Source of the DNA: Prevotella sp.
Lineage (GTDB): Bacteria; Bacteroidota; Bacteroidia; Bacteroidales; Bacteroidaceae
NCBI GenBank assembly: GCA_022778905.1
Contig: JALFRV010000083.1
Location: 1 to 61,144, forward strand
Length of the DNA: 61,144 bases
Reading direction: 5' to 3'
Part shown: positions 52,717 through 61,144 of the stretch, piece by piece
Layout of the letters: the number at the start of each line of letters is the position of its first letter
Position numbering within the stretch: position 1 is the stretch's first letter
Program-made: the position numbers and the translations under genes
Notes under the pieces: generated by a model
The model's database searches: none
The model's input: the letters and a program-made list of their open reading frames with translations, nothing else
Told to the model about the DNA's origin: nothing

Positions 52717-54614
52717 TGCTCCTGCTCACCTCCTGCGCCCGCATGGGAAACCCTGATGGCGGCTGGTATGATGAGACTCCGCCACGCGTGCTCGGTGCCT
52801 CTCCGGCCGACAAAGCGACCAATGTGAAATCGCGCAAGGTGGAAATCTTCTTCAATGAGTATATCAAGATCGACAACGCAACAGAGAAAGTCATCGTCTC
52901 CCCGCCCCAGATCGAAGCGCCGGAGATCAGAGGTTTGGGCAAGAACATTAAGGTGGAGCTGAAGGATTCGCTCAAAGCGAACACGACATACACCATCGAT
53001 TTCTCCGACGCAATCACCGACAACAACGAGGATAATCCCCTCGGCAACTATACGTACAGCTTCTCCACGGGCGACGCCATCGACACCATGGAGGTCTCCG
53101 GCTATGTGGTCAACGCGCAGGACTTGGAACCTGTCAAGGGCATATTGGTCGGACTCTACGACGATATGAGCGATTCGGCCTTCAAAAAGAAACCGATGAT
53201 CCGCGTCGCGCGTACCGACTCGCGCGGCTATTTCGTTGTCAAGGGCATCGCGAAAGGCCGTTACCGCGTCGCCGCTTTAGCCGATGCTGACGGCGACTAC
53301 GTCTACAGCCAGCGTTCGGAGCAGCTTGCGTTCTCGCATGACGTCATCATCCCGTCGTCCAAACCCGACATCCGGCAGGACACGATTTGGCGTGACTCTC
53401 TTCGAATCGACTCGATCGCGCGTGTCCCCTACATCCACTACCTGCCCGATGACATCACTTTGCGCGCCTTTACGGTACCGCTTACGGATCGCTACTTGGT
53501 CAAGTCGGAGCGCCGGGAGGCCAACCGGTTCACGCTGTTTTTCAGCTATGGCAGCGACAGACTGCCCCTCATCCGCGGCCTTAACTTTGATGCGGAAAAG
53601 GCGCTTGTCACCGAGACCACACCGAAACGGGACACCATCACCTACTGGATCAATGATACGGCGCTCATAAACCGTGATACGCTGCGCATGGAAGTGAGCT
53701 ATCTCATGACCGACAGCATGGGCCAGCTCGTCAACAGGACCGATACGATGGAGATGCTTGCCAGGACTCCCTACGCCAAACGCCTCAAGGACCAGAAGAA
53801 GGAATATGACAAGTGGCTCAAGGACCAGTCGAAAGGCAAGAAGAAAGGAGAGCCCATCGACAGCGTGATGCCTGTCAAGCCGCTTGCTGTCGAGATCAGA
53901 GCGAAGTCCACATTGGCCCCCGACGAGAACGTCAGGGTCACCATGCCGGCACCGCTCACCGTCTGCGACACGTCCAAGATACATCTCTACGCCAAGCACG
54001 ACTCGCTTTGGTACCAGTCAGTCTTTGAGTTTGTGCCCGACTCCATGGCCTCCCGGACCTACATCCTGCGTGGCGAGTGGCGGCCGGAGATCGAATACAG
54101 CTTGGAGATAGACAGCGCGGCGTTCGTGGACATCTACGGTCTCGCCTCGGCGAAGTCGAAGACCGGATTCAAGATAGGTGCCGACGGCGACTACAGTTCG
54201 CTGTTCATGACGATCACGGGGTTCGCCGGAAAGCCGATCGTCGTGCAGCTGCAGAACAAGCAGGACGCCACGGTCAAGCAAGTGAGCACGGCCAACGGCA
54301 CGGCCGAATTCTTCTATATCACCCCAGGCACCTATTATGTCCGCATGTTTGTCGATGCCAACGGCAACGGCATCTGGGACACGGGCGACTATGACAAGGA
54401 CCTCCAGCCAGAGGAAGTCTATTACTATCCGCAACCCATCGAATGCCGGGAGAAGTGGGATGTCACGCAGACATGGGACCCACTCGCACGACGCGCCTTC
54501 GAGCAAAAGCCCGGAGACCTCGTCAAGAACAAAGCCGACAAGAAACGGACCATACGCAGCAGAAACCTCGAAAGGGCCAAACAGAAAGGACTGCAATACA
54601 TTCCGAAAATTTAA
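52491..54614 (+). CDS. Ig-like (Big_5-like) domain lipoprotein
   Basis: LLLLTSC lipobox then ARMGNPDGGWYDETPP, FNEYI, NTTYTIDFSDAI.DNNE.N, DANGNGIWDTGDY. Start uncertain (52491 or 52596). Confidence 0.82.
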   Translation: MRQLKRHIITRRKINNALSSGFLCLSDSHRKALKNMKSGLSLFTFLPPYSFTFNRPKSASAPTLLTFSPFYLLTFLLLLTSCARMGNPDGGWYDETPPRVLGASPADKATNVKSRKVEIFFNEYIKIDNATEKVIVSPPQIEAPEIRGLGKNIKVELKDSLKANTTYTIDFSDAITDNNEDNPLGNYTYSFSTGDAIDTMEVSGYVVNAQDLEPVKGILVGLYDDMSDSAFKKKPMIRVARTDSRGYFVVKGIAKGRYRVAALADADGDYVYSQRSEQLAFSHDVIIPSSKPDIRQDTIWRDSLRIDSIARVPYIHYLPDDITLRAFTVPLTDRYLVKSERREANRFTLFFSYGSDRLPLIRGLNFDAEKALVTETTPKRDTITYWINDTALINRDTLRMEVSYLMTDSMGQLVNRTDTMEMLARTPYAKRLKDQKKEYDKWLKDQSKGKKKGEPIDSVMPVKPLAVEIRAKSTLAPDENVRVTMPAPLTVCDTSKIHLYAKHDSLWYQSVFEFVPDSMASRTYILRGEWRPEIEYSLEIDSAAFVDIYGLASAKSKTGFKIGADGDYSSLFMTITGFAGKPIVVQLQNKQDATVKQVSTANGTAEFFYITPGTYYVRMFVDANGNGIWDTGDYDKDLQPEEVYYYPQPIECREKWDVTQTWDPLARRAFEQKPGDLVKNKADKKRTIRSRNLERAKQKGLQYIPKI

Positions 54615-54625
54615 AAGATAAAGAT

Positions 54626-55432
54626 ATGAAACACCTTAAAATACAACTGCTCATCCTGACCATGATGCTCGCCGGCAAGGCAGGCGCACAGTGCTCGTTC
54701 AACAACGAAGCCTTCAAGTCGGGAGAATTCCTGTCTTACAATCTCTATTACAACTGGAAGTTCGTCTGGGTGAAAGCCGGGACGGCCTCGATGTATACCG
54801 TTCAGAGTCAGTATCGTGGCCAACAGGCCTACCGCGCCAGCCTCATCACGCGCGGAAACAACAACGTCGACCAGCTCTTTGTGCTGCGCGACACGCTCCT
54901 ATGCTATTCTTCCCTCAATTTGGAGCCGCTCTATTTCCGCAAGGGAGCACGCGAGGGAAAGCGCTACACCGTCGATGAGGTCTTCTATTCCTACCCTGGA
55001 GGAGAGACCTCACTCCGTCAGCACCGCATCAGAAACGACGGTCAGCACGAGTGGAAGAATACGAAGTTCACCTACTGCATATACGACATGATGAACATCT
55101 TCCTGCGTGCGCGGTCGTTTAACCCTGAAGGTTGGCGCTCCGGACACGACATCGACTTCCCCATCGCCGATGGTAACAGCGTCGATCCGGCCAAACTTCG
55201 CTATCAGGGAAAGACCACCATCAAGGCCGACAACAATATCAAGTACCGCTGTCTGCGCCTCTCCTACATGGAGAAAGAAGACGGCAAGTACAAGCGCATC
55301 GTCGATTTCTACGTCACGGACGACAAGAATCACATTCCCGTCCGCCTCGACATGTTCCTCCGTTTCGGGTCTGCGAAAGCCTTTCTGACCGGCATGAAAG
55401 GCATCCGCAATCCCATTACGTCCAAACAGTAG
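54626..55432 (+). CDS. DUF3108-like secreted protein
   Basis: Signal peptide; AFKSGEFLSYNLYYNWKFVWVKAGTA; VTDDKNHIPVRL. Confidence 0.78.
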   Translation: MKHLKIQLLILTMMLAGKAGAQCSFNNEAFKSGEFLSYNLYYNWKFVWVKAGTASMYTVQSQYRGQQAYRASLITRGNNNVDQLFVLRDTLLCYSSLNLEPLYFRKGAREGKRYTVDEVFYSYPGGETSLRQHRIRNDGQHEWKNTKFTYCIYDMMNIFLRARSFNPEGWRSGHDIDFPIADGNSVDPAKLRYQGKTTIKADNNIKYRCLRLSYMEKEDGKYKRIVDFYVTDDKNHIPVRLDMFLRFGSAKAFLTGMKGIRNPITSKQ

Positions 55433-55534
55433 GACCGCTCCCCGGCACGCGGGACAAAGGACCGGAAACACATAGGCAATCCTCCGCCCGAACCGCCCGA
55501 AAGCGATCCTTTAGAGAAAGCAGAACAGAGGCCC

Positions 55535-55621
55535 GCGCATATGATAGCTTTAGGCCGTCCATATGATAGCTTCGGGCACCCTATATGATAGCTTTGGACA
55601 GCCCAGAGCATAGCTCTGCGC
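55535..55621. repeat. 87-bp four-box element, copy F
   Basis: GCGC-ATATGATAGCTTT-AGGCCGTCC-ATATGATAGCTTC-GGGCACCCT-ATATGATAGCTTT-GGACAGCCC-AGAGCATAGCTCT-GCGC. Confidence 0.92.
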
Positions 55622-55875
55622 CGGGCACTCTATACGTCCGTCTCCGACACACCGCAGAGACGGTCTCCACAGACCATGCGGAAGCCGCTGACAAAGCTCT
55701 CAAACAAGCGGTTTGCAGGGGAGATGCGCACCGTCCGGATCAGACTGACCGGCACTTCGATTCATATTGGCGGGCAGTCCGGATCAGGCTGACAGAAGGA
55801 ACGGATCGGACGGAAGGATCGGGAAAATCCCGCCCGACGGACTCACCAAACGAACACTACTAAAATGAACATATC

Positions 55876-58800
55876 ATGAAACGAATGGCAAGATTTTACA
55901 GCCTGGCCATGCTGCTGCTTCTTTCGGCGGGCGCAACAGCCACGGCTCAGGTGTCTGGACTCAACCGGAGCGACTTCAGCCGATACTGGCAGGTCGAGTC
56001 GGAATCACCTTCCGCCACCGTCACTTTCACCGGTGACACCTGCGAGATCACGGCTCCGAAAGGGCTGACGCTATGGCGCAAGGAGCGGATGCGCGGCAAC
56101 ATGACCATCGAGTATGACGCCATGGTAGTCGATGAGGGGCGTCCGGGCGACCGCCTGAGTGACCTCAACTGCTTCTGGATGGCATCCGATCCGAAAGCGA
56201 AGACCGTCTTCACCAGAGCCGCGGAGCGACAGGGCGTGTTCAACAACTGCTATGCGCTGCAGCTCTATTATGTCGGTTACGGCGGCAATCACAACACCAC
56301 GACCCGCTTCCGACGCTATGACGGCAACACGGATGCCGCACATCGGCCCGCCATCCTGCGGGAATACCGCGACAGAGACCATCTCTTGAAGCCCAATCAC
56401 TGGTATCACGTCCGCCTGCGGACGATGAACGGACGCGTCGAATACTTCATCGACGGCCGCCAGATCGTCGCCTACGATGACCCGAATCCGCTTACGCAAG
56501 GCTGGTTTGGCTTCCGCACCACCGCCTCCCGCACCCGCATCACCAACTTTCGCTATGCTCCCTCGCAGGCGGTCGACGTCCCCCTGTGCTGGATAGGCCG
56601 TACACCGTCTGTCGACACGCCCGTTTCGTTCGGCGTTCCCTTTGCCCGCGGCGAGGTCAAGGATGTCAGCCGGCTCTCGCTCGGCGTGCCTGCCGATGTC
56701 TGGGTCAATGCCCGTTGGCAGGACGGATCGGTCAAGTGGGCCGGCCTCTCGGCCGTGATCCCGGGCGGAACGAATGCGCTGACGCTCACCGAGGGCGCTT
56801 CCCGTCGGGCCACAGCATCCTCCAAGACGGGCCTGACGATCCGTGAGGAGGGCGCACAGCTCGTTGTCAGCACCGGAAAGATGACCTGCTGGATCCCCAA
56901 AGCGGGCATGCAGGTCATCGACAGCCTCTACCGGGGCGGCGTGAAGGTGGCCGACGGTGCTTCCTTGGTGGCCTCGACGCAGGACAAGCTGCAGGCCGAC
57001 GACATCCGGCTCCACCACTTCACCGGCCGCATAGATCAGGTGCAGGTGGAGCGCAGCGGTCGCGTCTCGGCCGTCGTCAAGGTGTCCGGCCGCCTCAGCG
57101 ACGGCACCCGCAGCTGGCTCCCGTTCACCGTGCGCCTCTCGTTCTTCGCAGGCAGCGACCAGATCAAGCTCGTCCACTCATTCCTCTACGACGGTGACCA
57201 GAACCGTGACTTCATCCGTTCGCTCGGCATCCGCTTCATGGTGCCCCTGCGCGAGGCCCTCTACAACCGCCATGTCGCCTTCTCCACCGGCGAGGGAGGC
57301 GTGTGGGCCGAGCCCGTGGAGCCGCTTGTCGGCCGTCGGTTGCTGGGCCGCGGACACAACTATCAGGCCGACCAGATGGACGGGAAGCGCGTTCCGGAGC
57401 GAGAAACGTTCGACGATGCCGGTCGAAAACTGATCGACGACTGGGCCAAGTGGGACGGTTTCCGCCTCTCGCAGCTGTCCGATGAAGGTTTCACCATCCG
57501 CAAGCGGGCCACCGGTGACAGACCTTGGATCGGCACTTACAGCGGCCGCCGCGCCGACGGATATGCCTTCTTGGGCGACGTGTCGGGCGGTCTGGCAGTC
57601 CAACTGAAGGACTTCTGGCAGTCCTACCCGTCGACGATCGAGATCGGCGGAGCGCGCCAGCCGATGGCTCAGATGACGGTCTGGCTCTGGAGTCCGGAGT
57701 CGGAGCCGATGGATCTGCGGCATTACGACGTCGTGGCCCATGATCTTCTGTCGTCCTATGAGGACGTGCAGGAAGGCATGAGCACGCCTTACGGCATCGG
57801 ACGCACGTCCACCCTCTTCCTCACGGCATGCGAGCGCTACGGCGGCAAGCAGTCGGTCGTTCCGCGGGACGACGAGAACCGGTTCCTCCCCACACCGCAA
57901 TATCTACACCAGAAACGGGCTTTCGGCATCTGGTCGCTGCCCGATTCGTCGACCGCAAACCGCAAGCGCATCGAGCAGAGATTGGATCAGTATATCTCAT
58001 TCTATCAGCATGCCATCGACGAAAACCACTGGTACGGCTTCTGGAACTATGGTGACGTCATGCATGCCTATGATCCCGTGCGGCACGAATGGCGCTACGA
58101 CGTGGGCGGTTTTGCATGGGACAACACCGAACTCGCCTCACCTGACTGGCTCTGGTACATGTTCCTGCGCACCGGCAGACAGGATATCTGGCGCATGGCA
58201 GAGGCCATGACGCGCCACAACAGTGAGGTGGACACCTACCATATGGGTGATATGGCGGGCTTGGGAAGCCGCCACAACGTCTCGCATTGGGGCTGCGGCG
58301 CCAAGGAATCACGCATCTCGCAGGCCGCCTTCAATCGTTTCTATTATTATCTGACCACGGATGAGCGCACCGGAGACATCATGCGCGAGGTCAAGGACGC
58401 CGACCAGAAGCTCTATCAGATAGATCCGATGCGACTGGCAGAGCCACGCGAGAAGTTCCCGACAAACGCTCCGGCGCGCCTGAGGATCGGTCCCGACTGG
58501 TTGGGATATGCTGGAAACTGGATGACAGAATGGGAACGGACCGGCAACAAGGCCTATCTGAAGAAGATAGAGACCGGCATGCGCTCCATCGCAAGCCTCA
58601 GAAACGGCTTCTTCACGGGCAATCTGGCCAAGGGATATGATCCTGCGACGGGCCGGTTGAACTATGACGGCGATCCCGAACGGCTGTCCACGAACCATCT
58701 GATGACGATCATGGGCGGCTTTGAGGTGATGATGGAGATGCTCGAAATGGTCGACGTGCCGGCCTTCAAGGCTTCCTGGCTCGACTTTGCGACGCGCTAT

Positions 58801-59079
58801 AAGGAGATGGCAGCCAAGGTCACGCACAGCGGTTTCCCCGTCCGGCGCCTGCTGGCTTATGCGGCCGCGGCCAGCAAAGATCCGCAGAAGACCGCCGAGG
58901 CATGGCAGGATCTATGGGGAAAGTCGGATGCCGGCGGTGAGATCAGCAATGAGATCCGTGTCCTCATGCCGCCGCTCGTGCCGCAGAAGAAGCTCGAATG
59001 GCCTCGCGTATCGACCAACGACGCCGCCCTCTGGAGCCTTGACGCGATCTATATGATGGAGGTTCTGAAGGACAGATGA
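55876..59079 (+). CDS. Secreted DUF6250-like domain fused to a YetA/PcRGLX-like exo-rhamnogalacturonan lyase (PL26-like)
   Basis: N-terminal RLSDLNCFWMASDP / YYVGYGGNHNTTTRFRRY; C-terminal FGVPFARG, WQDGSVKW, MDLRHYD, WYGFWNYGDVMH, GGFAWDNTE, GSRHNVSHWG. Confidence 0.78.
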   Translation: MKRMARFYSLAMLLLLSAGATATAQVSGLNRSDFSRYWQVESESPSATVTFTGDTCEITAPKGLTLWRKERMRGNMTIEYDAMVVDEGRPGDRLSDLNCFWMASDPKAKTVFTRAAERQGVFNNCYALQLYYVGYGGNHNTTTRFRRYDGNTDAAHRPAILREYRDRDHLLKPNHWYHVRLRTMNGRVEYFIDGRQIVAYDDPNPLTQGWFGFRTTASRTRITNFRYAPSQAVDVPLCWIGRTPSVDTPVSFGVPFARGEVKDVSRLSLGVPADVWVNARWQDGSVKWAGLSAVIPGGTNALTLTEGASRRATASSKTGLTIREEGAQLVVSTGKMTCWIPKAGMQVIDSLYRGGVKVADGASLVASTQDKLQADDIRLHHFTGRIDQVQVERSGRVSAVVKVSGRLSDGTRSWLPFTVRLSFFAGSDQIKLVHSFLYDGDQNRDFIRSLGIRFMVPLREALYNRHVAFSTGEGGVWAEPVEPLVGRRLLGRGHNYQADQMDGKRVPERETFDDAGRKLIDDWAKWDGFRLSQLSDEGFTIRKRATGDRPWIGTYSGRRADGYAFLGDVSGGLAVQLKDFWQSYPSTIEIGGARQPMAQMTVWLWSPESEPMDLRHYDVVAHDLLSSYEDVQEGMSTPYGIGRTSTLFLTACERYGGKQSVVPRDDENRFLPTPQYLHQKRAFGIWSLPDSSTANRKRIEQRLDQYISFYQHAIDENHWYGFWNYGDVMHAYDPVRHEWRYDVGGFAWDNTELASPDWLWYMFLRTGRQDIWRMAEAMTRHNSEVDTYHMGDMAGLGSRHNVSHWGCGAKESRISQAAFNRFYYYLTTDERTGDIMREVKDADQKLYQIDPMRLAEPREKFPTNAPARLRIGPDWLGYAGNWMTEWERTGNKAYLKKIETGMRSIASLRNGFFTGNLAKGYDPATGRLNYDGDPERLSTNHLMTIMGGFEVMMEMLEMVDVPAFKASWLDFATRYKEMAAKVTHSGFPVRRLLAYAAAASKDPQKTAEAWQDLWGKSDAGGEISNEIRVLMPPLVPQKKLEWPRVSTNDAALWSLDAIYMMEVLKDR

Positions 59080-59091
59080 GGTCCCTGACAC

Positions 59092-59163
59092 GTGAAGTGT
59101 GAAGTGACGGGCATTGCACGGGCCGCTTGGAGCGATGCGCAATGAATCCTCACTTCACACTTC
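59092..59163. terminator. Long hairpin of heptamer repeats between convergent genes
   Basis: GAAGTGTGAAGTGA ... TCACTTCACACTTC outer stem with inner CATTGC/GCAATG pairing. Confidence 0.6.
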
Positions 59164-59177
59164 TATTTTAACGTAGA

Positions 59178-59630
59178 TCAATCGTCTGTGATCTGTTTGA
59201 TATCCTCCAAGCTGACATTGCCGAGGAGGTTGATGATGCTGACTTCGTCCTTTTCTACATTCAGCAGGGCGAATTCATTCTTTCCGCGGCCGCGCGACTT
59301 CATGTAGATCGTCGTACGTTCACCGTCCGAGTTGGCCTGCATGACGATCTCGTAGCGTTCGCGCCTGTAGATGGCGGCGGCATTGTCGGCGATCGTCCTG
59401 ACCATCGACGGCCGGTCGCAGTTGAGGATCTGCAGCCGGTCGAGCTTGGAGACGATCTTTCCGATGTTTTTCGGGCCCACCCGGAGGTTGGGCATCATCC
59501 GGAACATGGCCTTGGAGATGAAGACCGTCTCGACGCCGGGGGTGTTTTCATATTTGCTGAAGAGTGCGTCCTGGGCACGGCCGACAGTGACCGTGAGGGC
59601 GATCAGCAGGATGAGGAGGATGCGTTTCAT
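59178..59630 (-). CDS. DUF4252 domain protein
   Basis: Signal peptide MKRILLILL; LFSKYENTPGVETVFISKAMFRM; IINLLGNVSLEDI. Confidence 0.82.
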   Translation of the reverse strand: MKRILLILLIALTVTVGRAQDALFSKYENTPGVETVFISKAMFRMMPNLRVGPKNIGKIVSKLDRLQILNCDRPSMVRTIADNAAAIYRRERYEIVMQANSDGERTTIYMKSRGRGKNEFALLNVEKDEVSIINLLGNVSLEDIKQITDD

Positions 59631-59631
59631 A

Positions 59632-60126
59632 TCATTGTGTTGCTTTTTCCATTGTGTTGAGACCTTTGTGGATGCTCTGTGAGAACTTGAGGAGTGCCCG
59701 CTCCGTCTCCGCGTAGGCGTCTGCAGGATCGGAGTAGGTGTCCTGCGGCACCGTGCAGGCGTTGCGGAGCTGTGCCGTGGAGCGCTGTTCGCCACGCTCA
59801 TTGAGGAACGTTCCGAGCGTGAAGAGGAGCACGACGGAGGCCGCGATGGCTGCTGTCTGTCGGAGAAAGACGATGCGCGAGGAACGGGCGGCAGTGCGCT
59901 CGACAGCGTTCCATCCGTCTATTTGGCGTTTTAAGCGCTCCTGGAGGCCTTCCGGAACATCGGTGGGCAGATCATACAGTTGATCAAAAAGAAGCCTGTC
60001 AGCGGTCATTTCTGCGGGCAGACGGCCGTCATGGAGCAGCTCATGCAGCCGTTTCTCCTCGGCGGAAGTGGTCTCTCCGTCATAGAAACGGTCGAGCAGG
60101 GTTCGCAATTCGTTTGTTTCGTTCAT
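59632..60126 (-). CDS. Putative membrane anti-sigma factor
   Basis: LLDRFYDGETTSAEEKRL N-terminus, one TM (AIAASVVLLF), DTYSDPADAYAETERAL; downstream of an ECF sigma. Confidence 0.72.
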   Translation of the reverse strand: MNETNELRTLLDRFYDGETTSAEEKRLHELLHDGRLPAEMTADRLLFDQLYDLPTDVPEGLQERLKRQIDGWNAVERTAARSSRIVFLRQTAAIAASVVLLFTLGTFLNERGEQRSTAQLRNACTVPQDTYSDPADAYAETERALLKFSQSIHKGLNTMEKATQ

Positions 60127-60127
60127 G

Positions 60128-60622
60128 TCATTGTCGGTTGAAGTGAGCTCTGACAGCCTTTCGTGCGCGGCTCAGGATCACACGGGCGTTGCCTTCGGTG
60201 ATGCCTGTGCGCGCGGCGATGTCGGCCAGTTCGAGTCCCTCGATGTCCTTGAGGGTGATGATGAGGCGCTGTGTGTCGGGCAGACGGCTGATCAGTGTCT
60301 TGATCTGGGCGGAGAGATCGGCCTGCTCGATGGCCCGACTGATGTCTTCGGAGGATGCTAACGGCAGCTCTTCAGGCGTGGAATGGCTCTCGCGGAGTGC
60401 CGTGAGGCGGAGCCGGTCACAGTGGATGTGGCGCAGAAGCGTGGTGGCATAGGCGTCCGGACGGTCGATGCGGCCTATCCGCTCGCGCCGTGTCCACAGG
60501 CGTAGGAATGCTTCCTGCACCAAGTCCTCGGCCTCCTGGCGGTTGCCCGTGAGGCGCATGGCCACGCCATACATCTGCGCCGCGACCGGCAGGAACAGGG
60601 TTTTGAACTGCGAGGCATTCAT
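60128..60622 (-). CDS. ECF sigma-70 factor
   Basis: MYGVAMRLTGNRQEAEDLVQEAFLRLW; LKDIEGLELADIAARTGITEGNARVILSRARK. Confidence 0.92.
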   Translation of the reverse strand: MNASQFKTLFLPVAAQMYGVAMRLTGNRQEAEDLVQEAFLRLWTRRERIGRIDRPDAYATTLLRHIHCDRLRLTALRESHSTPEELPLASSEDISRAIEQADLSAQIKTLISRLPDTQRLIITLKDIEGLELADIAARTGITEGNARVILSRARKAVRAHFNRQ

Positions 60623-60636
60623 CGTGGGCGGTTTGT

Positions 60637-61125
60637 TTACTTCGTACTGAGGTTGTGGAGCACCTTTGGGTCGATGTTTCCGAAGAGCTGTATGAGCGCC
60701 GCAGTGCCGTCCTCGTCGGTGATGAAGAGCACCATTTCACGGAGGCGGTTGCCGTTCGGCTTCGTGTAAACTGCCACCTGAGTAGTGCCTTTGGCTGCTT
60801 TGAGAAACTCGCCGTAGCCTTCCGCCTGCCACGGAATGCGGATATTGGCAAACCGCCGGCTGACTTCGCTGCTCACACTGTCGAGAATCAGCACGCACAG
60901 AGAGTCCACGTCGGTCCAGCCGCCGTCCATTTTCAGCAAGCCGTCTATCTCCATCGGCCCGTCGCCGATGGTCATCTCCTTCATCTGCTGCTTGTCGGCG
61001 TGCAGGTAGACCACACCCTGTTCGGCGCGGAAACGGTTGATGACGTCACTCACACTTTGTGCCTTGAGGGTTGCGGACGCGAGCTCGGCAACCAGTATCA
61101 AGATAATCAGTCTTTTCATTTCCAT
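60637..61125 (-). CDS. DUF4252-like protein
   Basis: Signal peptide; QSVSDVINRF....GV; ALIQLFGNID. Confidence 0.68.
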   Translation of the reverse strand: MEMKRLIILILVAELASATLKAQSVSDVINRFRAEQGVVYLHADKQQMKEMTIGDGPMEIDGLLKMDGGWTDVDSLCVLILDSVSSEVSRRFANIRIPWQAEGYGEFLKAAKGTTQVAVYTKPNGNRLREMVLFITDEDGTAALIQLFGNIDPKVLHNLSTK

Positions 61126-61144
61126 TCATTTTTTCAGTTCACGC

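Overview
GC-rich Bacteroidales chromosomal window, Prevotella-like judging from TAnnTTTG promoters, a SusC/SusD pair and the gene order mnmG-apt-uvrC-dtd-mazG-deoC-ispB-polA. Most of it is housekeeping (comM, metG, ruvB, coaD, ybeY, S41 protease, parE, sdhCAB, mnmG, apt, uvrC, dtd, deoC, ispB, polA). Two parS palindromes flank apt, so the window is probably origin-proximal. Accessory content: (i) an ECF sigma/FecR/SusC/SusD locus with no CAZymes, followed by thiol-redox and cysteine genes; (ii) tandem YghO-like GNAT paralogs; (iii) a frameshifted four-helix-bundle gene inside heptamer-built inverted repeats; (iv) a DUF6250/PL26-like lyase fusion; (v) an ECF/anti-sigma/DUF4252 module. The most unusual signal is non-coding: six dispersed 87-bp elements, each with four quasi-palindromic 13-bp boxes at an exact 22-bp pitch, whose box orientation and variant differ between copies. 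The window also has GTAG-type REPs, several unrelated 22-bp-period intergenic arrays, and 7/8-mer inverted-repeat elements, one of which appears to encode a lipoprotein signal peptide. No rRNA, tRNA, CRISPR array or transposase was recognised. All family assignments are from motif recognition by eye, not database searches.
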